Shown in pieces: positions 9,091 through 17,861 of a stretch of DNA of 17,906 bases (position 1 is its first letter; every line of letters begins with the position of its first letter). A program made the position numbers and the translations under genes. This DNA comes from Myxococcota bacterium (GTDB lineage: Bacteria > Myxococcota > SpSt-1050). The stretch lies in the NCBI GenBank assembly GCA_049969675.1, contig JBMFOP010000034.1:1-17906 (forward strand), in the 5' to 3' direction. The notes under the pieces were generated by a model. It saw nothing but the letters and a program-made list of their open reading frames with translations, was not told where the DNA came from and made no database searches.

Positions 9091-9240
9091 TTATAATATT
9101 TGATGAGTTTCACTAAACATAAATGCCAGTAGGCCACCACTTATGACTGGCGATATATAAAGAAATAGAACACAGATGATTATCAATATCGTCATCTCTA
9201 AAAGACTCGCCTTTCGCTTTTTTCTCTTCTCCTCTTCCAT
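9091..9240 (-). CDS. Putative 49-aa membrane microprotein MEEEKRKKRKASLLEMTILIIICVLFLYISPVISGGLLAFMFSETHQIL
   Basis: Translated by hand: ATG 3 nt after the stop codon of 9244..11115; basic N-terminus followed by a long hydrophobic stretch; fills the intergenic gap; below the ORF-track length cutoff. Confidence 0.6.
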   Translation of the reverse strand: MEEEKRKKRKASLLEMTILIIICVLFLYISPVISGGLLAFMFSETHQIL

Positions 9241-9243
9241 TCT

Positions 9244-11079
9244 TTATTCACTATGTAATTCCATAATCTTATCAAACATTATTTTGATCTGTTTTATACC
9301 AACACTTCTGGTCTCCTCATAATGATCACCCGGTGCAGATGAGAAATATGGATAATCATCTGAAAGCCTAAAATCGTATTCTGGCACTAAATAGCCCAGA
9401 AAGTCATTTCCGAGTATGGCAAGTATATTTACTTTCCCATTCATTATGTCTCTGATATATGGTCCTTCTGGTGCCTTTGATAAATCGGGTGGATATTCAT
9501 TTGAATCATCAATGATTGGATGTCCAAAAGAATATTCATATGGCTCACTATAACCACCTACTGCAAGCTCCGGGAATAATTCACCGGGTATAGACAGAAT
9601 CTCTATATCCCCAATTCTTATCATTGTAACCTCAGTCATAATCTCTACATTATCAATCCAGTTCTCTTTATTGGGGTCAATCTTCCATTTAGGCCTATCT
9701 CTTAACCATCCAAGGTCAAACATCATCCAGAAGAATTTATTTTCAAGAGGAATCTTATATTCAATCTTCTTTGCCGAAATATTAAGATTGTTTATATATT
9801 CTGCCTCCTTTGAAAGTTCATACACCTTTCTTGCAATATTATAGCCAACCTGTCTTACTGCCTTAAATGATGTCTCTTTCTCAATTATATTTCCATCATC
9901 ATCATATACCTTCAGATTCAAATCTGTAATCATCCCTCCCAGTGGCCCCTGAATAAAGAGTGCCATTCCATTGCTGGGCGGTATCTGATTCTTACCTTCA
10001 TTGATTCCATTTTCAATTGCCTCTCGTAGATAATAGACATAGTCAGAACTCAATAGATTGCTATCCCCCGCGAGTTTTTCCGGATGAGAGCCCCAATTTA
10101 TAACCGTTGCAAGTCTGTTCTTGTTCAGGTCCTCAAAGATTACAACAGACATATGGTCATCAATAATGAATGGGTCTCTTAAATCGTTAGCCATCTGCTC
10201 AATCCCAACCCTCTTTGTAATGGCTCTTACTCTCCCCTTCTGCATTGATGTGCCTGCTGAGATTATTGTATCAACTACCTTTCCCATAACCTCTTTTATA
10301 TATGAATCATCCGCTCCACTCTCGTAAGGAACCTCGCTAAATGGGTCCTGCGGACCCCACATCCCCACAGTGTCAATACTTGAGTGTGTATGTGAACTCA
10401 TAATTAGAATTTCATCTATACCCAATCCGGCTGCGCGCTCTGAGATGAGTCTTCTTATTCTATCTACATCACTCTTAAAAAATCCAATTAGATCCAGAGT
10501 TGAGAGTGCAACAGTCTTTTTATTATGTCTTAATACCAGTGTCCTTACAGAGATATCATCGTGCACACCAATCATAGGAGTGGATGAACTATAGCCAGCT
10601 ATCCAGTATCCCTGAAACTTCCCATCCCCTTCAGAGCCGTCTGCGTCCGGCCCTGTATAATTCTCATCTGTAGGACAGATTCTATCCCTCCCACAGTCGT
10701 AGAAGAAATCCGACTTCCACTTTTTAGATAGGGATTTCCATTTCTTAAGGTCAATGCTCCCACAGTTCCCGGGTCCATCATAATCCGGGCAATATGAATG
10801 TGTAGTTAATAACTCCCTTTTAACCAGTTCATATCCTTGAGGCGTGATGCTCGCTGATGCAACTCCTATGCAGATTATCCCATCTTCGGATGAATCACAA
10901 TCAGACCGAGGACCAATATAGATATCCAAACCAGAATCTTCATCTGATATATCATTTGAAAGGGCATCTGATTCTGCCTTATCTGATAGGTAAATTATCT
11001 CATTTGAAGGACAGGCGAGCAGCAGTAATAAGATAAGAAAGGCGAGAGAGGAATATTTAATATACTGTCCAAACATCAT
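9244..11079 (-). CDS. Neutral/alkaline ceramidase-superfamily metallo-amidohydrolase, predicted lipoprotein
   Basis: Motifs GVHDDISVRTLVL, STLDLIG, SSHTHSS, NWGSHPE, IPGELFPE, LGNDFLGYL, HYEET; lipobox LLAC. Start uncertain (11115, 11106, 11079 or 11076); 11079 gives a normal signal peptide length. Confidence 0.75.
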   Translation of the reverse strand: MMFGQYIKYSSLAFLILLLLLACPSNEIIYLSDKAESDALSNDISDEDSGLDIYIGPRSDCDSSEDGIICIGVASASITPQGYELVKRELLTTHSYCPDYDGPGNCGSIDLKKWKSLSKKWKSDFFYDCGRDRICPTDENYTGPDADGSEGDGKFQGYWIAGYSSSTPMIGVHDDISVRTLVLRHNKKTVALSTLDLIGFFKSDVDRIRRLISERAAGLGIDEILIMSSHTHSSIDTVGMWGPQDPFSEVPYESGADDSYIKEVMGKVVDTIISAGTSMQKGRVRAITKRVGIEQMANDLRDPFIIDDHMSVVIFEDLNKNRLATVINWGSHPEKLAGDSNLLSSDYVYYLREAIENGINEGKNQIPPSNGMALFIQGPLGGMITDLNLKVYDDDGNIIEKETSFKAVRQVGYNIARKVYELSKEAEYINNLNISAKKIEYKIPLENKFFWMMFDLGWLRDRPKWKIDPNKENWIDNVEIMTEVTMIRIGDIEILSIPGELFPELAVGGYSEPYEYSFGHPIIDDSNEYPPDLSKAPEGPYIRDIMNGKVNILAILGNDFLGYLVPEYDFRLSDDYPYFSSAPGDHYEETRSVGIKQIKIMFDKIMELHSE

Positions 11080-11341
11080 AGGGTATAAAATATATGATTT
11101 TACCATATTTGGCAAACTTTTTATTAATGTAAATCAAAATGAATATGCAAAAGGAATCCAGAGGTCTGGACTAAACAATAGGGAAAGGGGCTATGGGCAA
11201 TTCTGAGTGAATTAAAATAAAGATGATTCAGTGCAATTAAAAATCTACCTTAATCTGATAAAGATTGTATGTCCATAGTGCATCCAGAAATGTAGAACAG
11301 TCTGGATTTGTATCGTCACAACTGATATTATTATAAGATAT

Positions 11342-13405
11342 TTATTGATGTGCTGGGCTTATAACGATTTTGCAGCCGTCCTCTTTGCAAATAAGTGTCT
11401 TTGAGGCATCTTCTCCATAGAACCTGATTAATGTTTCAAGTATTCTCCTGTTTTTAATATCTCCAGAGAATATGAGTTTATTCGGAGATATTCCACATTC
11501 ATAAAGTCTCTTTATAGCCTCCTCTGAACTCCTCCTTGAAATGACGAAGCGTGCAGCGGTGGGAGGGCAGTTTTCGGTATCATTGAAGATATATGTTATA
11601 AATCCAGACATGTTGATAAATACATCACCCTTTTCAGAGGTTTCAATCTTCCCGTTCTCTTCTTTTGTATACAGATGGTCTTTGATATAGAGGTCGTCAG
11701 CCTCATTAAGGTTTGTATAAAGGACCTTTACCAACCGCTTCTTTCTCAGGAATTCTACTGCCGTTCTTTTATCTCTATTGCTTGCCTTTCCCAGTATTAA
11801 ATGAGGTCTTAAATCCTCATCTATAAAAGTTATTACTCCATCCTGAACTATAATTGAGGGTTCTGTTTTGTTCCTTTCAATCCGGTCCATTATTAGCGAT
11901 GTGATAATCAGAATTAAAAGAAGTGAGGGTATAACAATCTTTGTAAAAGGTATTCTCTCTCTCAAAATGAATGTAAAGATTATCGCAAAATAGATGGCTA
12001 TTTCAAAAATAGAAGGTGCAAATATCTTGATATGTGAAAGTGGGAGATTTGCAAAGAGTTCATTAAGTTTTATGAAGTGCTCTATTGATGAAAATGCCCC
12101 ATTAAAGAAGAATCCTGCAAGGCTCAGTGATATACCAAACGATATTACTCCGCACAGAATTATAGGGAGTATTATAACTCCCACAAACGGCACGATTATG
12201 AGATTTGCAATTATCCCGATAATTGAAATAATGCCAAAGTGATATGCAACAACTGGAAGTGTAAAGAGTGAGGCAGCAAGAGAGGTGAGAAGTAGTATCA
12301 GGATATATCTAATTATCTCACCTCTAATTGATTCTCCTCTAATCTCCCATCTATTGGTAATAGAGGGGATTAATGTAATTATTCCAGATACTGAGAGGAA
12401 AGAGAGCTGAAATCCTATATCTCTGATTGAATCAGGGTTGTGGCTTGTAATCAATAGGAAAGAGATGCAGAGTGATGATAGTATATCCCTTTCCCGTTCA
12501 ATCAGTACTGAGAACAGATAGACAATAACCATTATTGTTGCCCTTACCACAGAAGGTGAGTTGCCAAAGTAAAATGAGACAATAATTAGAATTGGTATAA
12601 GGATAAGAGAAGATGCCTTCTTCAGAGAGAATGGTCTGATTAGAGAAAAGGGGAATATCAGAAGTTTGACAATATAGTACAGGAATAGGGCAATCAGTCC
12701 TATGTGTGTCCCCGATATCGCAAGGATATGCGATGTCCCATTTATGGCGAATATCCTTCTTAATTCATATGTAAGCCCTTTTGAATTTCCAGTTGAGAGT
12801 GCAGACATTATCAGGGCAGCAGAGCCTTTGTAGTGAGAGTATATAAATCTGCTTATACCCTCTTTATATCCATCAATAGCATTGTAGATTCCAAACCCCT
12901 CCCTCTCAATAACCAGTGGAGGATTATTTAAATCTGATATGCAATCTGGTATTTGCCCCTTATCAATATATATCCTGCAACGAGCCCTTACAAGGTCGTT
13001 CCTGATAGGTTCTGCAAATGGAATTGAGGCAATATATTGCATATTAAACGAAGTAATATGTAACTCATCAGCCTGAATATATCTCTGAACATTTATTTGA
13101 TATATTGTAGAATCTCTATTGTAGTAAGGTGTATCTATTACATATCCGTCAAAGACAATATTCCCTTCTTCTATATTGATTTTTCTACCATCTTTATTGT
13201 TCAGTGCGCAGAGAAATGCTGCCCACAAAATACCGCCCAAAATAATTCCCTTTCTATCAATACCAACCCTCTTAAGAGTTATGAGTACCAAACACAATAT
13301 GTAAATTGAGAGAATAATTGCTATTGTTATGAGGGATACTCTTATGTTTATAAAAATCAGTAAAGATAGGAGATATGGGAATGTAAACCAATAAATAGCC
13401 GCCAT
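11342..13405 (-). CDS. comEC: ComEC/Rec2 DNA uptake channel (OB-like domain plus Competence domain, divergent C-terminus)
   Basis: GTSHILAISGTHIG, SPSVVRATIM, NP...DIGFQLSF, TLPVVAYHFG..S..GIIANLI.VP; many transmembrane segments. Confidence 0.9.
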   Translation of the reverse strand: MAAIYWFTFPYLLSLLIFINIRVSLITIAIILSIYILCLVLITLKRVGIDRKGIILGGILWAAFLCALNNKDGRKINIEEGNIVFDGYVIDTPYYNRDSTIYQINVQRYIQADELHITSFNMQYIASIPFAEPIRNDLVRARCRIYIDKGQIPDCISDLNNPPLVIEREGFGIYNAIDGYKEGISRFIYSHYKGSAALIMSALSTGNSKGLTYELRRIFAINGTSHILAISGTHIGLIALFLYYIVKLLIFPFSLIRPFSLKKASSLILIPILIIVSFYFGNSPSVVRATIMVIVYLFSVLIERERDILSSLCISFLLITSHNPDSIRDIGFQLSFLSVSGIITLIPSITNRWEIRGESIRGEIIRYILILLLTSLAASLFTLPVVAYHFGIISIIGIIANLIIVPFVGVIILPIILCGVISFGISLSLAGFFFNGAFSSIEHFIKLNELFANLPLSHIKIFAPSIFEIAIYFAIIFTFILRERIPFTKIVIPSLLLILIITSLIMDRIERNKTEPSIIVQDGVITFIDEDLRPHLILGKASNRDKRTAVEFLRKKRLVKVLYTNLNEADDLYIKDHLYTKEENGKIETSEKGDVFINMSGFITYIFNDTENCPPTAARFVISRRSSEEAIKRLYECGISPNKLIFSGDIKNRRILETLIRFYGEDASKTLICKEDGCKIVISPAHQ

Positions 13406-13423
13406 ATAAATAACAGAGTAAAG

Positions 13424-13451
13424 AAAATATCACAAAATGGGGTATAGTCAA
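13424..13451 (-). promoter_or_regulatory. Putative comEC promoter
   Basis: TTGACT-N16-TATTTT with extended -10 TG; 18 nt upstream of ATG 13405, which has no Shine-Dalgarno. Confidence 0.35.
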
Positions 13452-13490
13452 AGTCTATATGAAATAGAAGGGCTTCTTTGAAAAATCCCC

Positions 13491-13519
13491 TTTACAAACA
13501 ATTACATATCCTGTATAAA
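13491..13519 (+). promoter_or_regulatory. Putative promoter of the hybrid kinase
   Basis: TTTACA-N17-TATAAA upstream of GTG 13538. Confidence 0.35.
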
Positions 13520-13537
13520 ACCCTACATCTGTCTTTG

Positions 13538-15958
13538 GTGATAAGGCTAAGGCTTTACATAATAATATTGATAGCTCTCTCATTCAATCTATGGGCAAGA
13601 CCAGAGAGGATAAGTGTAATTATTGATAATAACTATCCTCCTTATTCTTTTATAGATGAAGATGGGGTGCTTAAGGGGATATCTATTGACTACTGGAGAT
13701 TGTGGGAGGAAAAGAACAAAGTAAAGGTCAATATTGTGGGTGATAGCTGGGAAAATGCACAGAGGCGGATGGAGGAAGGGGAGTTTGATGTAATTGACAC
13801 ACTGTTTTACACAGAGGGGCGTTCAAAGAAGTATGATTTCTCAAAGCCATATGCCAGAATAGATGTTGTGATATTCTTTGAAAGCACACTCTCTGGGATA
13901 ACCGATGTAAAATCAATTAAAGGCTTAAATGTGGGAGTAAAGAAGGGGGATGCAAATATTGATTTTCTAAAAAAGAACGGGGTTGAGTATCTAATTGAAT
14001 TTGATAATTACGAAGATGTAATTCGGGCGGCAAGAGACGGAAAGATAAAGATATTTGTAATTGATAAGCCACCTGGTATTTACTTCTTATTTAAATATAA
14101 ACTTGAAGATAGGTTTAGATTCTCAGAGCCTCTCTATTGGGGTGAATTTCATCGTGCTGTCAAAAAGGGGAATAAAGAATTGATATCCTTTATTGAATCT
14201 GGATTTGAAAGTATATCCGGAGAGGAGAAGGGGCATATAGAGAAGAGGTGGCTCGGATATTCATTAAGTAATCGTCTAAATACAAGATTTATCAAAATCT
14301 TACTCCTCATTGTCTCTGTACTTGCATTGATACTCTCTATTACATATTTCTGGATAATCTCACTCAGGCGGATGGTGAGAGAGAGGACAGCAGAGTTAAG
14401 AAGTGAGAAGGAGAGGGCTGAAAGATTTGCCAGTGAGTTACTTGAGACCGAGAAGAGATTCCTGAATCTCTATAGAAATATCCCCGATATAATCTATACA
14501 ATGAGTCTGAACGGGCAGTTTCTTGAGATGAATCCATCGGGACTCGCTTATCTCGGATATAATGAATCAGACCTCAAGGATTTGAGGATGGAGAGACTTA
14601 TTGTTGAAGAGGATTTAGAGCGTGCCAGAAAGGGGATAGAGGCGAGACTGTCGGGGGAATCCGGGCCAATGGTATTTAGAGTAAAGAAGAAGAATGGAGA
14701 GATTTTATATATTGAGACCCGTGGTGCACTTCTCTACAAAGATGGGAAGCCCTATGCAATACAGGAGATCGGGAGAGATATCACAGAGCAGAAGAAGATG
14801 GAGGAGAGGCTACTTGAGTCTCAGAAGCTTGAATCTTTGGGACTTCTGGCTGGTGGTATTGCACACGACTTCAATAATATCCTTATGAGCATTGTAAACT
14901 ACATTGAATTTATTAAGAAGGATTATGGGAACAAAGATCTCTTCTTTCAGGATATAAAACACCTGAAAAATTCCGCAGATAGGGCTACGAGATTGGTGCA
15001 ACAATTACTCGGATTCTCACGAAAACAGATGATACTCCCGCAGGTAATGGATGTAAATGAGCACATAACTCATTTTGTCAGTTCGATATCCAATCTTCTG
15101 GGGGAGAATATAAAGACAGAGCTGAGACTGTCAGAGAAGAAGCCTTTTATATTTGCAGATAGATCACAGTTTGAGCAGATATTGATGAACCTCGCAGTAA
15201 ACTCAAGGGATGCAATGCCAGATGGTGGAAGATTGATCTTCTCTACAGAGATAGTAAAGCTCTCAAATGAGATTGAAGGGAACAACATCTATTCAGGTGA
15301 TTTTGTAGTAATCTCGGTTAAGGACACTGGCTGTGGTATAGAGGAGCATAATTTGAAGAAGGTATTTGAGCCATTCTTTACTACAAAGCCAGTTGGAAAG
15401 GGGACGGGACTCGGTCTCTCAATGGTATATGGTGCAATGAAACAGAACGGTGGATTTGTCAGGATTGAGAGTAAGGTCGGTTTTGGAACGGAGGTATGGC
15501 TCTATTTCCCTCTCTCAGAGAAGAGAAGTGAGATGCCTCTTAATAATGTTGAAGCCCATCTGTCAGATGGGAGATTTGAGACAGTTCTGCTTGTTGAGGA
15601 TGATAATGATGTAAGATTTGTAATAAAGCAGATACTTGAGGCACACAATTATAATGTAATAGAGGCAAAAAATGTTGGAGAGGCGATAAAGGAGTTTGAA
15701 TTGAATTCTGATATGATAAGACTGGTGATAACAGATATTCTGATGCCAGATAACAATGGGATAGATCTCAAAATACTCATTCAGAAAAAATATCCGGATA
15801 CAAAATTCCTATTCATAACAGGTTACTCTGAAGAGGTATTAAAGACAAAGGGGATAGAGCTTGAAGGTACAGAGATATTATACAAACCTTTTAATTCTGA
15901 AAAGATCTTGAGGGCTATTGATAGGGTTCTGGAACATAAAAGAGATCCACTCTGTTAG
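13538..15958 (+). CDS. Hybrid sensor kinase: periplasmic solute-binding (family 3) domain, TM, PAS, HisKA, HATPase, receiver
   Basis: DNNYPPYSF..G...GISID and R...YDFSKPY (binding domain); H box AGGIAHDFNNIL; QILMNLAVNSRDAMP; FEPFFTTK..GKGTGLGL; receiver VEDD/ITDILMP/TG/KP. GTG 13538 is a likelier start than TTG 13478, given the promoter-like element between them. Confidence 0.93.
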   Translation: MIRLRLYIIILIALSFNLWARPERISVIIDNNYPPYSFIDEDGVLKGISIDYWRLWEEKNKVKVNIVGDSWENAQRRMEEGEFDVIDTLFYTEGRSKKYDFSKPYARIDVVIFFESTLSGITDVKSIKGLNVGVKKGDANIDFLKKNGVEYLIEFDNYEDVIRAARDGKIKIFVIDKPPGIYFLFKYKLEDRFRFSEPLYWGEFHRAVKKGNKELISFIESGFESISGEEKGHIEKRWLGYSLSNRLNTRFIKILLLIVSVLALILSITYFWIISLRRMVRERTAELRSEKERAERFASELLETEKRFLNLYRNIPDIIYTMSLNGQFLEMNPSGLAYLGYNESDLKDLRMERLIVEEDLERARKGIEARLSGESGPMVFRVKKKNGEILYIETRGALLYKDGKPYAIQEIGRDITEQKKMEERLLESQKLESLGLLAGGIAHDFNNILMSIVNYIEFIKKDYGNKDLFFQDIKHLKNSADRATRLVQQLLGFSRKQMILPQVMDVNEHITHFVSSISNLLGENIKTELRLSEKKPFIFADRSQFEQILMNLAVNSRDAMPDGGRLIFSTEIVKLSNEIEGNNIYSGDFVVISVKDTGCGIEEHNLKKVFEPFFTTKPVGKGTGLGLSMVYGAMKQNGGFVRIESKVGFGTEVWLYFPLSEKRSEMPLNNVEAHLSDGRFETVLLVEDDNDVRFVIKQILEAHNYNVIEAKNVGEAIKEFELNSDMIRLVITDILMPDNNGIDLKILIQKKYPDTKFLFITGYSEEVLKTKGIELEGTEILYKPFNSEKILRAIDRVLEHKRDPLC

Positions 15959-16818
15959 AGAAAGTATTTATACCCAATTAGTTTATAAACAAGTTTAGCG
16001 GCTAAAAAATCGGATGATATATCTGGGGGAAGTGGGGAGAGCTCCACCACATCTGCTCCAACCACATTTCTATTCTTAAATACCTCTCTAAGAAGCCTGA
16101 GAATATCATACCATAACAACCCACCCGGCTCCGGAGTTCCGACTGCCGGCATTATGGATGGGTCAAGTCCATCAAGGTCTATCGTGATATACACATTTTC
16201 TGAGAGATGGGAGATTACTTCATTGATATACTCTGGATGTCCCTTTATATACTCTGAATAAAAAATCTTTATTTTGTTTTTTCTGATAAATGCCGCTTCT
16301 TCCTCACACATAGAGCGAATACCTACCTGAACAGCAGGGCAGAGCTCTCTTATTCTCCGCATTACACAGGCATGATTATATTTTGTCCCTTCGTAACTAT
16401 ACCTCAGATCGGAGTGTGCATCTATCTGTAAAACTGAAAAATTCTTGTAACTTTTTACCAGATTTCTCACCACCCCTGTTGAGATGGAGTGCTCACCACC
16501 CAACATAATCAGAAATTTTCCATCTGAAATAAATCTTTTAGATGCCCATTCTATCTCCTCTATCATATCTGCTGGAGAGGACATAATCGGTTCGAGCTCA
16601 GAGGATGTATGAATCCCCACCTTGAAAGGAGAGGCATTTAATTCTATATCATAAAATTCAAGTGCCTTTGAGGCGGAAATAATTGCAGATGGTCCATTCC
16701 GTGAACCAGCCCTGTATGAGAGTGTTGCGTCGTAAGGGACCGGGAATATTACTACCTTGCTCTTCTTGTAATTGGTATATCTCTCTTCAAATCCACCGAA
16801 ATTATACGGAATAAGCAT
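15955..16818 (-). CDS. speB: Agmatinase (ureohydrolase family)
   Basis: GSRNGP, GGEHSIS, DAHSD, DLDGLDPS..PAVGTPEPGG, DVVELSP; lies directly downstream of the arginine decarboxylase gene. Confidence 0.93.
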   Translation of the reverse strand: MLIPYNFGGFEERYTNYKKSKVVIFPVPYDATLSYRAGSRNGPSAIISASKALEFYDIELNASPFKVGIHTSSELEPIMSSPADMIEEIEWASKRFISDGKFLIMLGGEHSISTGVVRNLVKSYKNFSVLQIDAHSDLRYSYEGTKYNHACVMRRIRELCPAVQVGIRSMCEEEAAFIRKNKIKIFYSEYIKGHPEYINEVISHLSENVYITIDLDGLDPSIMPAVGTPEPGGLLWYDILRLLREVFKNRNVVGADVVELSPLPPDISSDFLAAKLVYKLIGYKYFL

Positions 16819-16832
16819 AATGAATAACTAAT

Positions 16833-17471
16833 TTATTTTTCATCAATTATTGGGAGTAGTGGTGCCTCAACAACCTTCTTTCTCCTGTTTCTGTCCCTGA
16901 GTTCTTTCTTTATCTCATCATCAATGTAGACAAATACCGCCCCTGCCACGACAGTTGTCCAGAGCCCATTTTTATCTCCCTCTGCAGACTGTGTAATATT
17001 TCTGGTTCGGATTATCTTACCGCTCATTCTGTAGATCTCTTTTCTCTCATCGTAAGCGGTATTTGGGTCAAATTGAATTCCGAGAGTACTCGCGAGCATT
17101 GTTGCAGCGAGGTCTTCAGAGTAGTCTCCGGACTTCTTCTCTGTCTCTCCATAGCCGTGATGCTCAGAGATGTATCCGTAGTGGTCTCCCTGTGCTGGAA
17201 CGGCGAGACCTATTGAGGCACTGATAAGTCTATTTGGCTCATTGGTGGAGTTCTGTGCAAGGACCACATATGTAATCTGCCCCGGTTTTAGTGCGGCGAT
17301 TCCGCGCGAGCGAGGGATAATTTTGCAGTTGGGAGGGAATATAGAAGATACTCTTACAAGATTGCATTTCTCAATGCCAGCATCTCGTAGTGCCATTTCA
17401 AAAGATTGAAGTTTCTCCTTATGTCTTCCAACACCTCTTGTAAAAAATACGCGATTGGGCACGAAGTTCAA
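16833..17471 (-). CDS. pdaD: Pyruvoyl-dependent arginine decarboxylase proenzyme
   Basis: [23 protein letters not shown] with the Ser-Ser autocleavage site; [19 protein letters not shown] start with AAGGAGG upstream; 14 nt from speB. Confidence 0.92.
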   Translation of the reverse strand: MNFVPNRVFFTRGVGRHKEKLQSFEMALRDAGIEKCNLVRVSSIFPPNCKIIPRSRGIAALKPGQITYVVLAQNSTNEPNRLISASIGLAVPAQGDHYGYISEHHGYGETEKKSGDYSEDLAATMLASTLGIQFDPNTAYDERKEIYRMSGKIIRTRNITQSAEGDKNGLWTTVVAGAVFVYIDDEIKKELRDRNRRKKVVEAPLLPIIDEK

Positions 17472-17789
17472 TTCCTCTCCTCCTTAAGAAGGTTCTGAGC
17501 AGTTTATCTAAAGTATTTTTAAATTTTGTCAACTAAATAAATTTTACACACATAATAGATGGCATCTTCTCCTTTGATATGAGTAAAAATTTTATTCAAT
17601 TATTTCTGAATGTCACTGTTGTCCAGAATAATCTGATTTGAAGTTGACTATTTCTAAAATAAAGATTCTGAATGGGAAACTCCACTTAATGAATGAGCCT
17701 ATTCAAATTGACAGGATAACATTTCTACAAATCACCCTGAGCGTTAAATCTCTCTATTCATCTCTTTGCCCTTATATCTCTCGCCGCCT

Positions 17790-17861
17790 TCACATCTGCC
17801 AAAAATAAATCTTTTTTGATATGGAAGCCTCGGTAGGGTAAGACCAATTTGTCAAACAAAA
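17790..17861 (+). repeat. Right copy of the duplicated promoter-containing module
   Basis: Contiguous 72-bp version of the element that is split at 313-362 and 409-429. Confidence 0.9.
17816..17844 (+). promoter_or_regulatory. Putative sigma70 promoter firing rightward
   Basis: TTGATA (17816-17821), 17-nt spacer, TAAGAC (17839-17844); AAAGGAGGTG follows at 17867-17876. Confidence 0.5.

Noticed and set aside
7909..15288. Short ORFs nested in the kinases, ceramidase-like gene and comEC
   Set aside because: Fully overlap well-supported CDSs and show no independent coding evidence.
17501..17532. pdaD promoter (TTGACA on the minus strand)
   Set aside because: Good -35, but the candidate -10 elements are weak (TAGATA at 16 nt) or mis-spaced (TAAACT at 20 nt).
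17472..17790. Riboswitch or ncRNA upstream of pdaD
   Set aside because: No recognisable aptamer consensus by eye; an Infernal/Rfam scan would be needed.
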